Positions 50,751-61,159 of a stretch of 64,000 nucleotides of DNA are shown one piece after another. This stretch comes from a virus. Location: the IMG/VR virus record IMGVR_UViG_3300032164_000001. One strand, written 5' to 3'. Each line of letters opens with the position of its first letter. Within the stretch, counting starts at the first letter, position 1. The notes under the pieces are model-generated. The model ran no database searches, had not been told where the DNA came from, and saw only the letters and a program-made list of their open reading frames with translations. Made by a program: the position numbers and the translations under genes.

Positions 50751-52192
50751 AGAAGTAGCCGACCAGAATAGCTGAGCCCTTACGTTCCAAAAACGACGAT
50801 TCTGAAAACGCAAATTTGGAACGTACCAACTCAGCGAGTTTAGTCGACTTCCTGCTGATTTGGAAGAAGTGTGCCAATCTCAATTTGGAACGTACTAGGT
50901 GTCTGATTCTATTCATTTTAGGTATCTGTTTTGGTCTTACGTTCCAAGTAATGTGCTTTTGACCCTGTATAAGAAGGAGCGGAGCGCATGCGCACCGAGC
51001 AAGAAATAAATGCAGCGTTGCTTGCTGCTCTGCCGAAGGCCGTGCGCTGTCGTCATTGCCAGTGGAACATGGGGATTGTTCCGTGGGCTGCGCTGACACT
51101 GCCGCAGGCGTGGAGAATCGTTCGGGGCATGGGTTGCCGATTGCCCGGGGAGCGGCATGAGCTGAGCCTTGGCAAGTTGGAGTCGAGAGAGCTGTGGCTG
51201 AATGGCTGCACGCTCTGGTTGACGAACCAGCTTGGCGACCTGTCATGGCACATCGGGAAGTCGGGCTATGGCCCAAGCCAGTTCGTGTTGAAGGTGGTCT
51301 GAAGTTCGGAATGGGCTTGACCGAGAACCCGCTCGCTGGTAGACCGGAATAAGGTGCACAAGATGCAGCAAGAAACAATCCTGTCGAAGACTCAAGTCGA
51401 AGCCAGAGATGCCTGGCGAGCAGAGTACGAGGCCTGGAGGCCATACCTTGGGGGCTTGAGCCGTGGAGCACGGCGGGTCTGGGATGCCCAGGCAAGTGGC
51501 TGTGCAGGAGTACGAAAAGCTGCAGGCTCTCGAAGCTGTGCCAAAGTTCGGCCCACTGTTCCGGCAATAGATTCGCCCTCAGTCAGTTCGGAAAGGGGAA
51601 CAAATGAATAGTGGAACGCAGATGCCATGTAGTTTGCCGGAGGCCGTGGCCTCTGTGCAGATGATGGTCGAGCATTCGCAGCGACTCATCGAAAAGTATG
51701 CCGAGAACGGTGGAGACTTTCCTCCGGTGTACTTCGTGTTCACGGTGGACAGAGGGGTCGATATCATCGGTTTCTCATGGTCGAACGAGAAGGAGAAGGA
51801 CGGTGCTGCAACAGCCATGCGATTGACGGCTGTGCAGTTGCAACCGGCCGGCCTGTGGGGTGTCATGCTCATCACCGATACGCGGTGGTGGGAGGTCGAT
51901 GCCGACCTGGCCAGCAGGCTCGGCCTGTCGCAAGAGGAGCTGTCCAGTATGCTCCGTGATGCACCATGGAGGATCAAGGAATTCGGCAAGCAGACCGAAG
52001 CGCTCGTGGTGCGTCTCGAGACGTACATGGGCGACTGGGGTGTCGGTCTGATGTACGACAGACTAGACGGGAACCGGATCTCATGGCATCCGCCGCGTGA
52101 CATGATCACGGGTGTGCAGAGCGAGGGAAGACTCGTCAACCTGCTTCCGCCACTGCCGTACTGCGCCGGACAGGCATGAGGGAGGACTAGCA

Positions 52193-53146
52193 ATGAAACG
52201 ACTATGGATTGCTTGTTGCCTCGTTGCATGTGGGGAAGGACAGTTGGAGGGCCTGTGGGATGCAACCCTGGCCGATGCGACAGTAGCCGATGCAACCCTG
52301 GACATGAAACTGGTGTCTCCGAAGAGAGTGGACGCGACCACGACCAAGGACAGTCGACGCAAGGATAAGGGCTCGCACGACGCGCCGAAGCCGGACATGG
52401 CGAAGCCTGACATGTTCAAGCCGGACATGGCGAAGCCGGACAAACTTGTATTCAAGCCGGACATGTTCGTGCTCAAGCTGGACACACACAAGCCAGACGT
52501 TAGGTTGCCAGACATGAGACCTCCAGACATGAGACCTCCAGACATGAGACCTCCAGACATGAGAGCTTCAGACACGAGACGGCCTGATACACGTTCGCCG
52601 GATACTCGTCGGCCCGACACTCGTTCTCCTGATACTCGATCTCCGGACACGAGGCGACCTGATACGAGAACTCCGGACACTCGAACTCCAGACACTCGAC
52701 TGCCGGACGACGCAATGCTGCCGGATACGCGCAGACCGGACACGAGAACACCGGATACACGAAAGCCGGACAGCCAGAAGCCACCGATCTGCGGTAACAA
52801 CAAAGCAGAGCCGGGAGAGCAATGCGATGGAACAGACCTGCGGGGAGAGATGTGCCTAACTATGGGCAATCATCTTGCCCATTACCATGGTCCTTTCTTG
52901 CTATGCGACTTGTCGTGTCACTTCTACGTGAAAAACTGCTGGGAGTGCGGCAATGCAAACAAGCCAAATGCAGATCCTGCGACAATGGTGCTCGAGGGCT
53001 ACGAGGAGTGCGAGTTTTCACACGACGCCGTCACGAACAAGGCGGTGACGTTGTGGAAGGACGGCAAGAACACGTGTGCAGCGTGGGGGCTCAAGGGAAC
53101 CAAGTTGTATTGCAAATACTCCGCCTGCCTCGTGTATTGCCTGTGA
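52193..53146 (+). CDS. Lipoprotein with Pro-Asp pentapeptide repeats and a myxobacterial-type Cys-rich domain
   Basis: Lipobox LVAC; roughly 25 PDxxx units (PDMRP, PDTRT); CGNNKAEPGEQCDGTDL. Confidence 0.8.
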   Translation: MKRLWIACCLVACGEGQLEGLWDATLADATVADATLDMKLVSPKRVDATTTKDSRRKDKGSHDAPKPDMAKPDMFKPDMAKPDKLVFKPDMFVLKLDTHKPDVRLPDMRPPDMRPPDMRPPDMRASDTRRPDTRSPDTRRPDTRSPDTRSPDTRRPDTRTPDTRTPDTRLPDDAMLPDTRRPDTRTPDTRKPDSQKPPICGNNKAEPGEQCDGTDLRGEMCLTMGNHLAHYHGPFLLCDLSCHFYVKNCWECGNANKPNADPATMVLEGYEECEFSHDAVTNKAVTLWKDGKNTCAAWGLKGTKLYCKYSACLVYCL

Positions 53147-53910
53147 TGGAGAACTGAGATGTTGAAGAGAACATACATCCCGAAGGTTGGATCGTCGGTG
53201 AAGCTTCGACTGTGGGAGCACTACAACCAACTCGTAGAGCCGAGTCTCTACACCATTGACCGTGAGCTGTTCGCCGCCGTGCGGGCCGGAGAGCTCACCG
53301 AGAAGCAGAGTAAGGAGCTGCGCGAGAAGGCGCTGGCTACGCACAACGAGTTCGCGAAGACACATGACATCCCGGGACAGTGGGCGTGGTTCATCGTGCT
53401 GACAGCCGGAGAAACGGAATGCAGGCTGGAGCATACCAGTCGGAATCCGAATGCACCAGATCCAGCATGGACTGGCGTGGTGAAGACCAACTGGATATCG
53501 CCGCCGATCGGCTGGCAGGAGTCGTATGCGATCACTTGCTCGACTCGAGAGCAGGCGGAGAAGGTCGTGAACGAGTGGTTTGGCAGAGGCATCCACGTGT
53601 GGGCTTCACACGACCTGTCTTGGGCTGGCCACATGGCGTTCACACCATTCGGTGCAGCCGAGGCATCGGCTGATCAACCGGCTTCTCCGCACTGGCAATA
53701 CACGGGTGAGCCGGCCGACTCGATACCGGCCGAGCTGTGCTCGTCGGTGTTCAAGGTCGTCTGGCTCTCGGAGTGGACACCAGACTTGCCAGCCGATGCA
53801 AGGGAGCGCAGCCGGGCGGTGAAAGCACTGCGTGATGAGGGCGTAACGGTGGAATATCAGAAAAGCGAGCACTGCTGGTACGCCAGCAAGGAAGCCATCA
53901 TCCACCAACC

Positions 53911-54306
53911 ATGAGGAAGTCAGGCATGCGGAAGTCAGACAAGTTGGAAGCACTCGACATCTTCACTACCGCGTACATCGAGTGCGCGCTGTGGTCTTCG
54001 ATGGACGAGTCGACTCCCTCCGGTGGGCATCCACTGGATGACAACTACAACGCCGAGGATCTCACGAATGACGCACTCGATGCCATCATCGCCGACTGTG
54101 TCGCATTCCAGCTCGACAACGATGCAGATCTGCAAGGGTTGGCGGAGTCCACCTGTGGCCATGACTTCTGGCTCTCACGCAATGGCCACGGTGCTGGCTT
54201 CTGGGATAGAGGGCATGGTGAAGTGGGAGATCGATTGCACAAGGCAGCCAAAGTGTATGGCGACTGTAGCATCTACATTCACCGTGGCAAACTCCATATC
54301 ACATAG
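53911..54306 (+). CDS. Conserved phage protein (GHDFWL.RNGHG.GFWDR family)
   Basis: AYIECALWSS...GHDFWLSRNGHGAGFWDRG. Confidence 0.7.
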   Translation: MRKSGMRKSDKLEALDIFTTAYIECALWSSMDESTPSGGHPLDDNYNAEDLTNDALDAIIADCVAFQLDNDADLQGLAESTCGHDFWLSRNGHGAGFWDRGHGEVGDRLHKAAKVYGDCSIYIHRGKLHIT

Positions 54307-55813
54307 GAGAAGAACAAATGGCAAATGGGAAGAACCATCCAACGGCAACGGACATACTGAAACTGCGCATTGAGACGCTGAAGTCAGAGTTGGCTGGTGT
54401 CGCCGAGAAGATCTCCGCTCTCGAGGAGCGACGTCAGCTCGACGTGTCGAGCATCGAAGAGGAGTTATTCCTCGCTCGTGACGAGTCGAACGCAGCCAAG
54501 CAGGTGAAGGACAGCGTCGAAGCTGCAGCCGACGACACGGAGCGCAAGGGGAAGGCACTCATTTCCTCCGGAGAGAAGTTGATCCACTCGGCGAATGCGC
54601 AGCGGCAAGCAGCCGAGGAGATGGATCTCGGGCTGAAGAAGATTGCGGAGGTGGGAGTCAGGCTGGAGGAGCGAAGGGAATACTGGCGAGCCGAGCTGGC
54701 AACCATTCAGGATGGAGCCACGCGTCGGAAGAGGTCCATCCTCGAGCGGTCGCTGGCCAAGCTAGAGGAGCGACTGACCAGGAAGGCCACAGAGGAGCTC
54801 GTGAGCGTTGCGCCCGTACTGCCCAAGCACAGAGGGACACCCGAGCCAGAGACGAAGAGCGAGTGATGCTTCATCGCTGGCTTCATCGAGAAAGGCAAGA
54901 TGATCTGAATGCCGACGCTGAGCATCAAACGGATGCGTGCTATTGCATGGGATCTTTGGTGGAAGAAACCTGCCCATGTGCGCTGTTGCACGTGCACATA
55001 CCCGTCTTTCAGTTGCGACTACAGCCACGATGCAGACCGCTACATCGTGAGCTGCATCAGATGTGAAGAGGAGATCTGGAGTATCACATCGCATGACATA
55101 TTGCAGTTGCCGGAGGTGGAGCGCAGCCAGGCAAAGAAACGCGATGCGGCAGGCCCCACACGACGGCGTGCAAAGCAGTCACGGACAATGCAGCCACGGA
55201 CATCGCAGCCACTGCCGGCGAAGCCCGAGCAGAATGCAATCACGACGATTGACATGGATCGCTTTGCCAATCTGGAAGATGAATGAATGCCACTCATGCG
55301 AGATAGCACGAGGATGCCCATGCAGGACGATGAGAAGATGGCATTGCATGACATGCTGCTGGTGACCGCCGACCGTGCGGAGGAGTGCGGCTTCTCCGGA
55401 CTGGCCGACCAGATGTGCGTCTGGGCCGCACAGATCGGGTCTCGTATTGCCGGCTGGTCGATGGCACTGAGTCATCCGGTGACACCCAACGATGTCGCGA
55501 ATGCGGTGAACATGCCGGTGTTCTTACCGGGCTGCGGACCACGGTCAGGGCGCACATCACGTATGTTGTGCGAAGCCGTGGCGGCTGCGATGAACGGACT
55601 GACCGTGATTGTGAGTGGCAGGGATTCGCATGAGAGCGAGCGCCTTGCCCAACAGGCACGGCTGCTGTTCGAAGACCCACTGGTGCAAGCCCTGCGCCCA
55701 GGGTCATGGCGTCCTCCAATGCCGGCAGCCACAGGGAGAATAAAACATCTTGTCCCCCATCCGGATAGAGTCGATGCCCACTATACGGATCACTACACCG
55801 GCCGGTTGAAAAT

Positions 55814-56167
55814 ATGGAGCCGCTGAACATGGTGAAGCTCTACCGGTTGCAAATCGGCAAGGGAGAAGGTCTGGATGTGAGCCGCAAGTCCGGCACTGGG
55901 CTTGGCCTGTGCTTCGCTCCACCCTGGTCGTGGATCGTCGAGTCGAAGGCCGGAGCCATGCCGTGGGACAGATACCGTTATCTGTACCAGGGGCTACTCT
56001 CCGAGATGCCGATCGAGAAGGTGCAAGAGCTCTATGCATATGGTGTGGAGTGCGGTTTTGAATTGGGGCTGTTGTGCTATTGCAAGAGCGGATATCACTG
56101 TCATGCAAACCTGCTCATCGAATGGCTGGTGAAGAGCTGGCCGGATTGGTTCGAGGTGAAGCTGTGA
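55814..56167 (+). CDS. DUF4326/DUF488-like protein
   Basis: LGLLCYCK...CHANLL. Confidence 0.5.
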   Translation: MEPLNMVKLYRLQIGKGEGLDVSRKSGTGLGLCFAPPWSWIVESKAGAMPWDRYRYLYQGLLSEMPIEKVQELYAYGVECGFELGLLCYCKSGYHCHANLLIEWLVKSWPDWFEVKL

Positions 56168-56865
56168 CGAGTTACAAATGCCTATCGTGGATCTGCGTGT
56201 CGTGCCGTGGCGAGGGAACAACTCGCCGGGAGCTCGTCGATGGCACGCTTTGCCCAGACTGCAAGACACCGGTCGAATCTACCGGGGAAGTGCAGCAGGA
56301 CATCGACACGGGTGAGATCATGTGTCTTCGCAGTGAGCCATGCGACACATGCGGCGACGGCCTTGCACCTGGCGTGCTGTTTCCGTGGAATGCCGACATG
56401 CCAGGGCTAGCCTGTGTCGAGCGATGCGACACCTGCAAGATCTATGAGACGGACGACGAAGCCGGTGCCGCTCTGGAGTGGAAGCTGCAATCCATCAACG
56501 GTTTGATCTATGGAGTGCAGCTGTGCAACGCATCAGGCTTCGGCCCGATGGAGAGTGATCCAAGGCTGGCCGTGGTGCACTTTCCGTCGAAGGTGCCACT
56601 AGTGTGGGAGGAAGGGAATCAGCTGGTACGCGATGGTGGAAAAGCGCCACGGCTCTCCTCGCCAGTTGCGACATTGTCGACATTCCAGCCGACTCGCATG
56701 CCAAATCCGAGTGTGGCCATCGTCGTGGATGGCGAGACACTGGACCTGGGAGAGCTGTTGCGTCGGTATACGAACTACGAGCGGCTCGCCGAGAAGATGA
56801 CAGAAGTGCTGGACGAGCTGCGACCGATCGTTGAACAGACCACTTCGGCGAAGAGGAAATGACCC

Positions 56866-57162
56866 ATGCCGTGTGACACACAGTATCTCGAGGAACTCCA
56901 GCGCAAAGAGCGAGAGAAGGCACTGGCTGAGCTCGAGAAACAGATTGGCCTCGGTCGGATCTTGCTGGTCAGAGATCTGCAAGGTGGCGTGCACGTGGTC
57001 GGATGGGAGATGACGAGTGCAGCCAGGACAGGAATGCACGAGTCGTGCGCCATGGCCCATGTGGCGACAAAGGGCTCGTGGCTGGCCAAGGCCAAGCTGA
57101 CGGAGAAGTTGAAAGCCGTGGGCTCATCCTTGACAGCAGTGATCGCCGCACACAAACACTAG
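56866..57162 (+). CDS. Small MPC-start protein, possible partner of the AAA ATPase
   Basis: 98-aa ORF near a Ycf46-like ATPase; the association is inferred. Confidence 0.45.
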   Translation: MPCDTQYLEELQRKEREKALAELEKQIGLGRILLVRDLQGGVHVVGWEMTSAARTGMHESCAMAHVATKGSWLAKAKLTEKLKAVGSSLTAVIAAHKH

Positions 57163-57171
57163 GTCCACTTC

Positions 57172-58212
57172 ATGGCAAACAACCTGAATGACCTGACGCG
57201 CCAGGCGTTGAGGCTGCACGCTGGCCTTGGACTCGTGACAGATCCAAGCCAGTACTCGGACAACTTCAGTCTGTTCTGGGCCGAGCTGATTGACAAGCGA
57301 CCGGACGTGCTGGCCGCAAAGCCGACGCTGACGCTGCGCTGCTGCATACACATGCAAGCGTGCTGGCTGGCCTGCGGCATGCCAGTCTTTCAGATCGACG
57401 AGAACCTGTTGGCCGGCCTGCTGCTGACAGACGCAGGCAGCGTGACAGCGGAAGAGTGGCACATGCCCTATGGCACATTCGCCGTGTTGTTGCCATCAGG
57501 TTTCTGGCAGATGGAAAATCTGTGCACTCCAGGAGCCATGAGCAATGCTTGGTGCGTCATCTTTCATCGGTATCACACACTGACCAAGGCTATCTACCAG
57601 GGAGATGCAAGACTGCAGACGTACTTGCAGGCGTACATCACGAATGAAGACGGCTCCGAGATATGGCAACGCTCGTTGCCACCGACGAGTGGCGCATTGG
57701 AACCCTGGCTGCTCGAGACACGATATGGAGTAGCCGAGGGCGATGTCGTCGAGCCGACTTCGGAGTACGAGGCCACGTTGTTGCAGGCATGCAAACAATT
57801 GGTCGTGAACCTGAGCCTGTTGATAGCCGAACAAGGTCCGGGCAAGCGCGTGGTCACTCCTGTTCGCAACAAGGCCAAGCTGCGCCGACTGAAGAAGAAC
57901 GCATCATCTAATGCATCACGTGGTCCATCTGCTCTGGGGCCGCAGGCCCCAGAGGTATGGCAGCTTGGGAAGGTAGCATTGTTGTCAGCAGAGTTGATCG
58001 CCGCCGCGAAGGCATGTGGAAGAGCGAAGGAGCGGACGGAGTGGAAGATCTCGAAGAGGTTCACCGTGCGAGGCCATTGGCGTGAGCAGGCATACGGAGA
58101 GGGCGGGCTGTTGAGGCGAAGGAAATGGATCGCACCATACTGGAAGGGCGCCGGAGTGAAGCTAGCGCATCTCTACACCATGGATGTAGACAAAGGAGAG
58201 GGGAAACCATGA
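57172..58212 (+). CDS. Conserved phage protein with a C-terminal VRGHWR.Q.YG...WI.PYWKG motif
   Basis: Motif recognised; ATGA overlap with the ATPase gene. Confidence 0.65.
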   Translation: MANNLNDLTRQALRLHAGLGLVTDPSQYSDNFSLFWAELIDKRPDVLAAKPTLTLRCCIHMQACWLACGMPVFQIDENLLAGLLLTDAGSVTAEEWHMPYGTFAVLLPSGFWQMENLCTPGAMSNAWCVIFHRYHTLTKAIYQGDARLQTYLQAYITNEDGSEIWQRSLPPTSGALEPWLLETRYGVAEGDVVEPTSEYEATLLQACKQLVVNLSLLIAEQGPGKRVVTPVRNKAKLRRLKKNASSNASRGPSALGPQAPEVWQLGKVALLSAELIAAAKACGRAKERTEWKISKRFTVRGHWREQAYGEGGLLRRRKWIAPYWKGAGVKLAHLYTMDVDKGEGKP

Positions 58213-61112
58213 AGTCCCTGGAGAAGCAGCAAGAGGTAGCCAACCTGATCAGAGCCAAGATGCCCGTGATCTACATCGTTGGCAGCGAAGAGCGACGGAT
58301 GCAGTCTGCCCTTCTGAACATCGCCGGCTCGCTGAAGATGGACATGTACCTGTGGTCCATCGTGTCCGGCATGCTGAAGGTCGGTGAGAGCGAGGCAGTC
58401 CCCTGCAACGATCCAGCGCAGGCGCTGGGCTTCATCGCCGAGTCGAAGTCTCGAGCCATCTTCGTGCTGCGAGACTTCCATCCGTACATCGAGCCGGGCA
58501 CTGCCAACGTGGCGAACATCAGGATGCTGCGCGAGCTGGCCGGAGAGTTGAAGAATAGCAAGCAGGCATCGGCTCGAGTGGTTGTCATCCTCGCACCGAA
58601 GCTCGTGCTGCCGGACGAGCTGCGCTCCGATGTGATCACGATGGAGTGGCCACTGCCGGACAAGGAAGAGCTGCATGCGGCAGCCGTGTCCGTGGTGGCA
58701 TCGTTGCCGAGCGAGCTCAAGAAGGAGATGCCAGCGGCTGGTCCGGAGATGGACAAGTTGCTCACGGACGTGAGCTCGGCGGCGCAGGGACTGACCTTGG
58801 AGGAAGCGCAGAATGGCTTCGCCCTGTCAGCCATTGCCTATCGAACAATTCGTCCATCGGAAGTGGCCAAGTACAAGAAGCAGATCGTGTCACGTGACGG
58901 TCTTCTCGAATGGATTGAGCCAGAGGGCGACCTGGATTCCATCGGAGGCCTGGACCTGCTGAAGACCTGGCTCATGGAGCGCAAGCTGGGCCTGTCGCAA
59001 GCTGCACGGGACTATGGATTGCCGGAGCCAAAAGGAATAGCTTGCGTCGGGGCACCCGGGACGGGAAAGTCGATGGCGGCCAAGGCGGTGGCGGTGGCCT
59101 GGGACTTGACACTGGTGCGCCTGGACTTCGGAGCGCTTTATGGCTCTCTGCTTGGCGAGTCTGAGACCAACTTGCGCAAGGCATTGAGAACCATAGAGGC
59201 TGTGTCTCCAACAGTTGTACTGGCGGACGAGTTGGAAAAGGGCCTCGGTGGTTCTGGTCCGGAAGGGGCTGCCTCGGATGGTGGCACGTCGTCACGCATT
59301 CTTGGAACATTTCTGACATGGATGCAGGAACGACGTGGGGCCACAAGTTTTGTATTCGCTTGCCTCACAGCTGATTCAAGGGTGCTGCTGAAAGATGGAA
59401 CCATCACCAAGATCAGTGCTATCGACACCAACGCAAAAGTGGTGACCTGTGACCCATTCACCGGGAAAACAACAATAGCCACGCCAGACCTGAAAGTAGC
59501 GCCAATCGCCCCGGTGGTCAGAAGTGTTACCACAACGACTGGGAGGTTTACTGCCACTCCGGATCATCCAGTATATGTCGTGGGCCGATGTGGAATAGAG
59601 GAGTGCCCTGTTGGTGCGCTACAAGTGGGCGACCGATTAGCCCGCCTGCGGAAACTGCCGGAACCGACTTCAACTTGTCTGCCGTTGATAACTGATGTCG
59701 GATGTGACAATCCGCATGAAGGCGAGATCCATTTGCCATCTGTTTTGGACGAGACGGTGGCTGAAGTGCTGGGCTTCTTTTGCGCGGATGGCACGACGCA
59801 CAAACCAGGTAGAATGATGATTTGTGATAAGCATCCACAACTGATCGAGCATGAAATGGAACTCATGCATGGTTTGCGGTGGAGGCCAGGCAAACACGTT
59901 GTGAGGGGCCGCTGCTCCATCTTGGTTTATCTTGACTCCGCACGTCTATTAAGATGGTTTATCGCTAACTTTCCAGAATTGGTGCGCACCAAGATTGATG
60001 CCCGTCGTGTACCACAGGCCATTTTCCGTAGTCCGGATCGCGTTGTCGCTGCATTCCTACGTGGCTTCATGGATGGTGATGGCACTGTAACGCCGAACGG
60101 TCTCATTCAGGTCGCCGGAGTAAATTTCGATCTGATACGCGATGTGGCGCATCTGCTGCATCGACTGGGTATTGGCTACACGAAGAGTAGATATTTTCCG
60201 AGTGCGCCCCGACGCACTGTACTTAGGTTGACGATTGCTGCCAGTAGAGACCTTAATGCATTTTCCACTCTCGTGGGCTTCGCTTGCGACTACAAGCAGG
60301 CCCGTCTGTTGAAACGCCTGAGGAAGCAGCAAAGAAAGCACAAGGCCGCAGATTTAGATACCGTGGCAGTACCAGAAGTTCTGATGAACGAGGTTCTATC
60401 TGCTACCGGCCTGCCAGCTGCCGCCTTCAACTATTACTCCGACAGAAGAAGCAATGGGCAGGACACAGCCTTGTGGATCTTCCAGCAATGGATCGACAAG
60501 GCAGCCGATCGACTTGGTCCTGCGCATGCTCTGATTCAGAGAATGCATGCAATCTCACAATTTACATGGGATAAGGTGATAGCAGTCGAAGAGCACATGG
60601 GTGCCATACCAGTGTTTGATATTGGCGTGCCAAAGACCCACACGTTCATCTCGGATGGTTTGGTGATGCACAACACGCTCAACAGAGTTGATGGTCTTCC
60701 TCCGGAGCTGCTCCGAGCTGGTAGATGGGATGCTCTTTGGTACGTCTCGTTGCCCACAGACAGTGAGAGACGAGCCATATTCAATGTCCATCTGCGCAAG
60801 CGTGGACGCAAGCCAGAACTGTTCGACCTCGCCCTGCTTGCCAACGGCACAGAAGGGTACTCTGGTGCGGAGATCGAGCAGATCGTCGTGGACGGTATGT
60901 TCTACGCTTTTGCCGATGGTCAACGAGAAGTAGTCACTGCCGACTTGCTCAAGGCCGCAAAGACGCTGGTGCCGTTGTCGAAGACAGCGGCGGAGAAAAT
61001 TGAGGCGATGCGCACCTGGGCAAAGGGTCGAGCCAGGATGGCATCTTCTCCAGAAACAGCGGAGACTTCGACGTCGGCCATCCAGAATGCCAGATTCTCG
61101 GCTATGGACTGA
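58209..61112 (+). CDS. Ycf46-like AAA+ ATPase containing an intein
   Basis: LRDFHPY N-domain; IGGLD.LK.WL; Walker A GAPGTGKS; Walker B VLADELEK; second region of homology LPPELLRAGRWD. Confidence 0.9.
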   Translation: MKSLEKQQEVANLIRAKMPVIYIVGSEERRMQSALLNIAGSLKMDMYLWSIVSGMLKVGESEAVPCNDPAQALGFIAESKSRAIFVLRDFHPYIEPGTANVANIRMLRELAGELKNSKQASARVVVILAPKLVLPDELRSDVITMEWPLPDKEELHAAAVSVVASLPSELKKEMPAAGPEMDKLLTDVSSAAQGLTLEEAQNGFALSAIAYRTIRPSEVAKYKKQIVSRDGLLEWIEPEGDLDSIGGLDLLKTWLMERKLGLSQAARDYGLPEPKGIACVGAPGTGKSMAAKAVAVAWDLTLVRLDFGALYGSLLGESETNLRKALRTIEAVSPTVVLADELEKGLGGSGPEGAASDGGTSSRILGTFLTWMQERRGATSFVFACLTADSRVLLKDGTITKISAIDTNAKVVTCDPFTGKTTIATPDLKVAPIAPVVRSVTTTTGRFTATPDHPVYVVGRCGIEECPVGALQVGDRLARLRKLPEPTSTCLPLITDVGCDNPHEGEIHLPSVLDETVAEVLGFFCADGTTHKPGRMMICDKHPQLIEHEMELMHGLRWRPGKHVVRGRCSILVYLDSARLLRWFIANFPELVRTKIDARRVPQAIFRSPDRVVAAFLRGFMDGDGTVTPNGLIQVAGVNFDLIRDVAHLLHRLGIGYTKSRYFPSAPRRTVLRLTIAASRDLNAFSTLVGFACDYKQARLLKRLRKQQRKHKAADLDTVAVPEVLMNEVLSATGLPAAAFNYYSDRRSNGQDTALWIFQQWIDKAADRLGPAHALIQRMHAISQFTWDKVIAVEEHMGAIPVFDIGVPKTHTFISDGLVMHNTLNRVDGLPPELLRAGRWDALWYVSLPTDSERRAIFNVHLRKRGRKPELFDLALLANGTEGYSGAEIEQIVVDGMFYAFADGQREVVTADLLKAAKTLVPLSKTAAEKIEAMRTWAKGRARMASSPETAETSTSAIQNARFSAMD
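59361..60674 (+). mobile_element. Intein (438 aa) with a LAGLIDADG homing endonuclease
   Basis: N-terminal CLTADSRV; block B TATPDHP; VLGFFCADG and FLRGFMDGDG; block F/G VFDIGV...MHN|T. Splicing restores FVFA-TLNR (sensor 1). Confidence 0.95.
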
Positions 61113-61159
61113 TGGATCGAAACCAATACCGAAGCAAAAAAGTGTGAAGGGATACCAGT

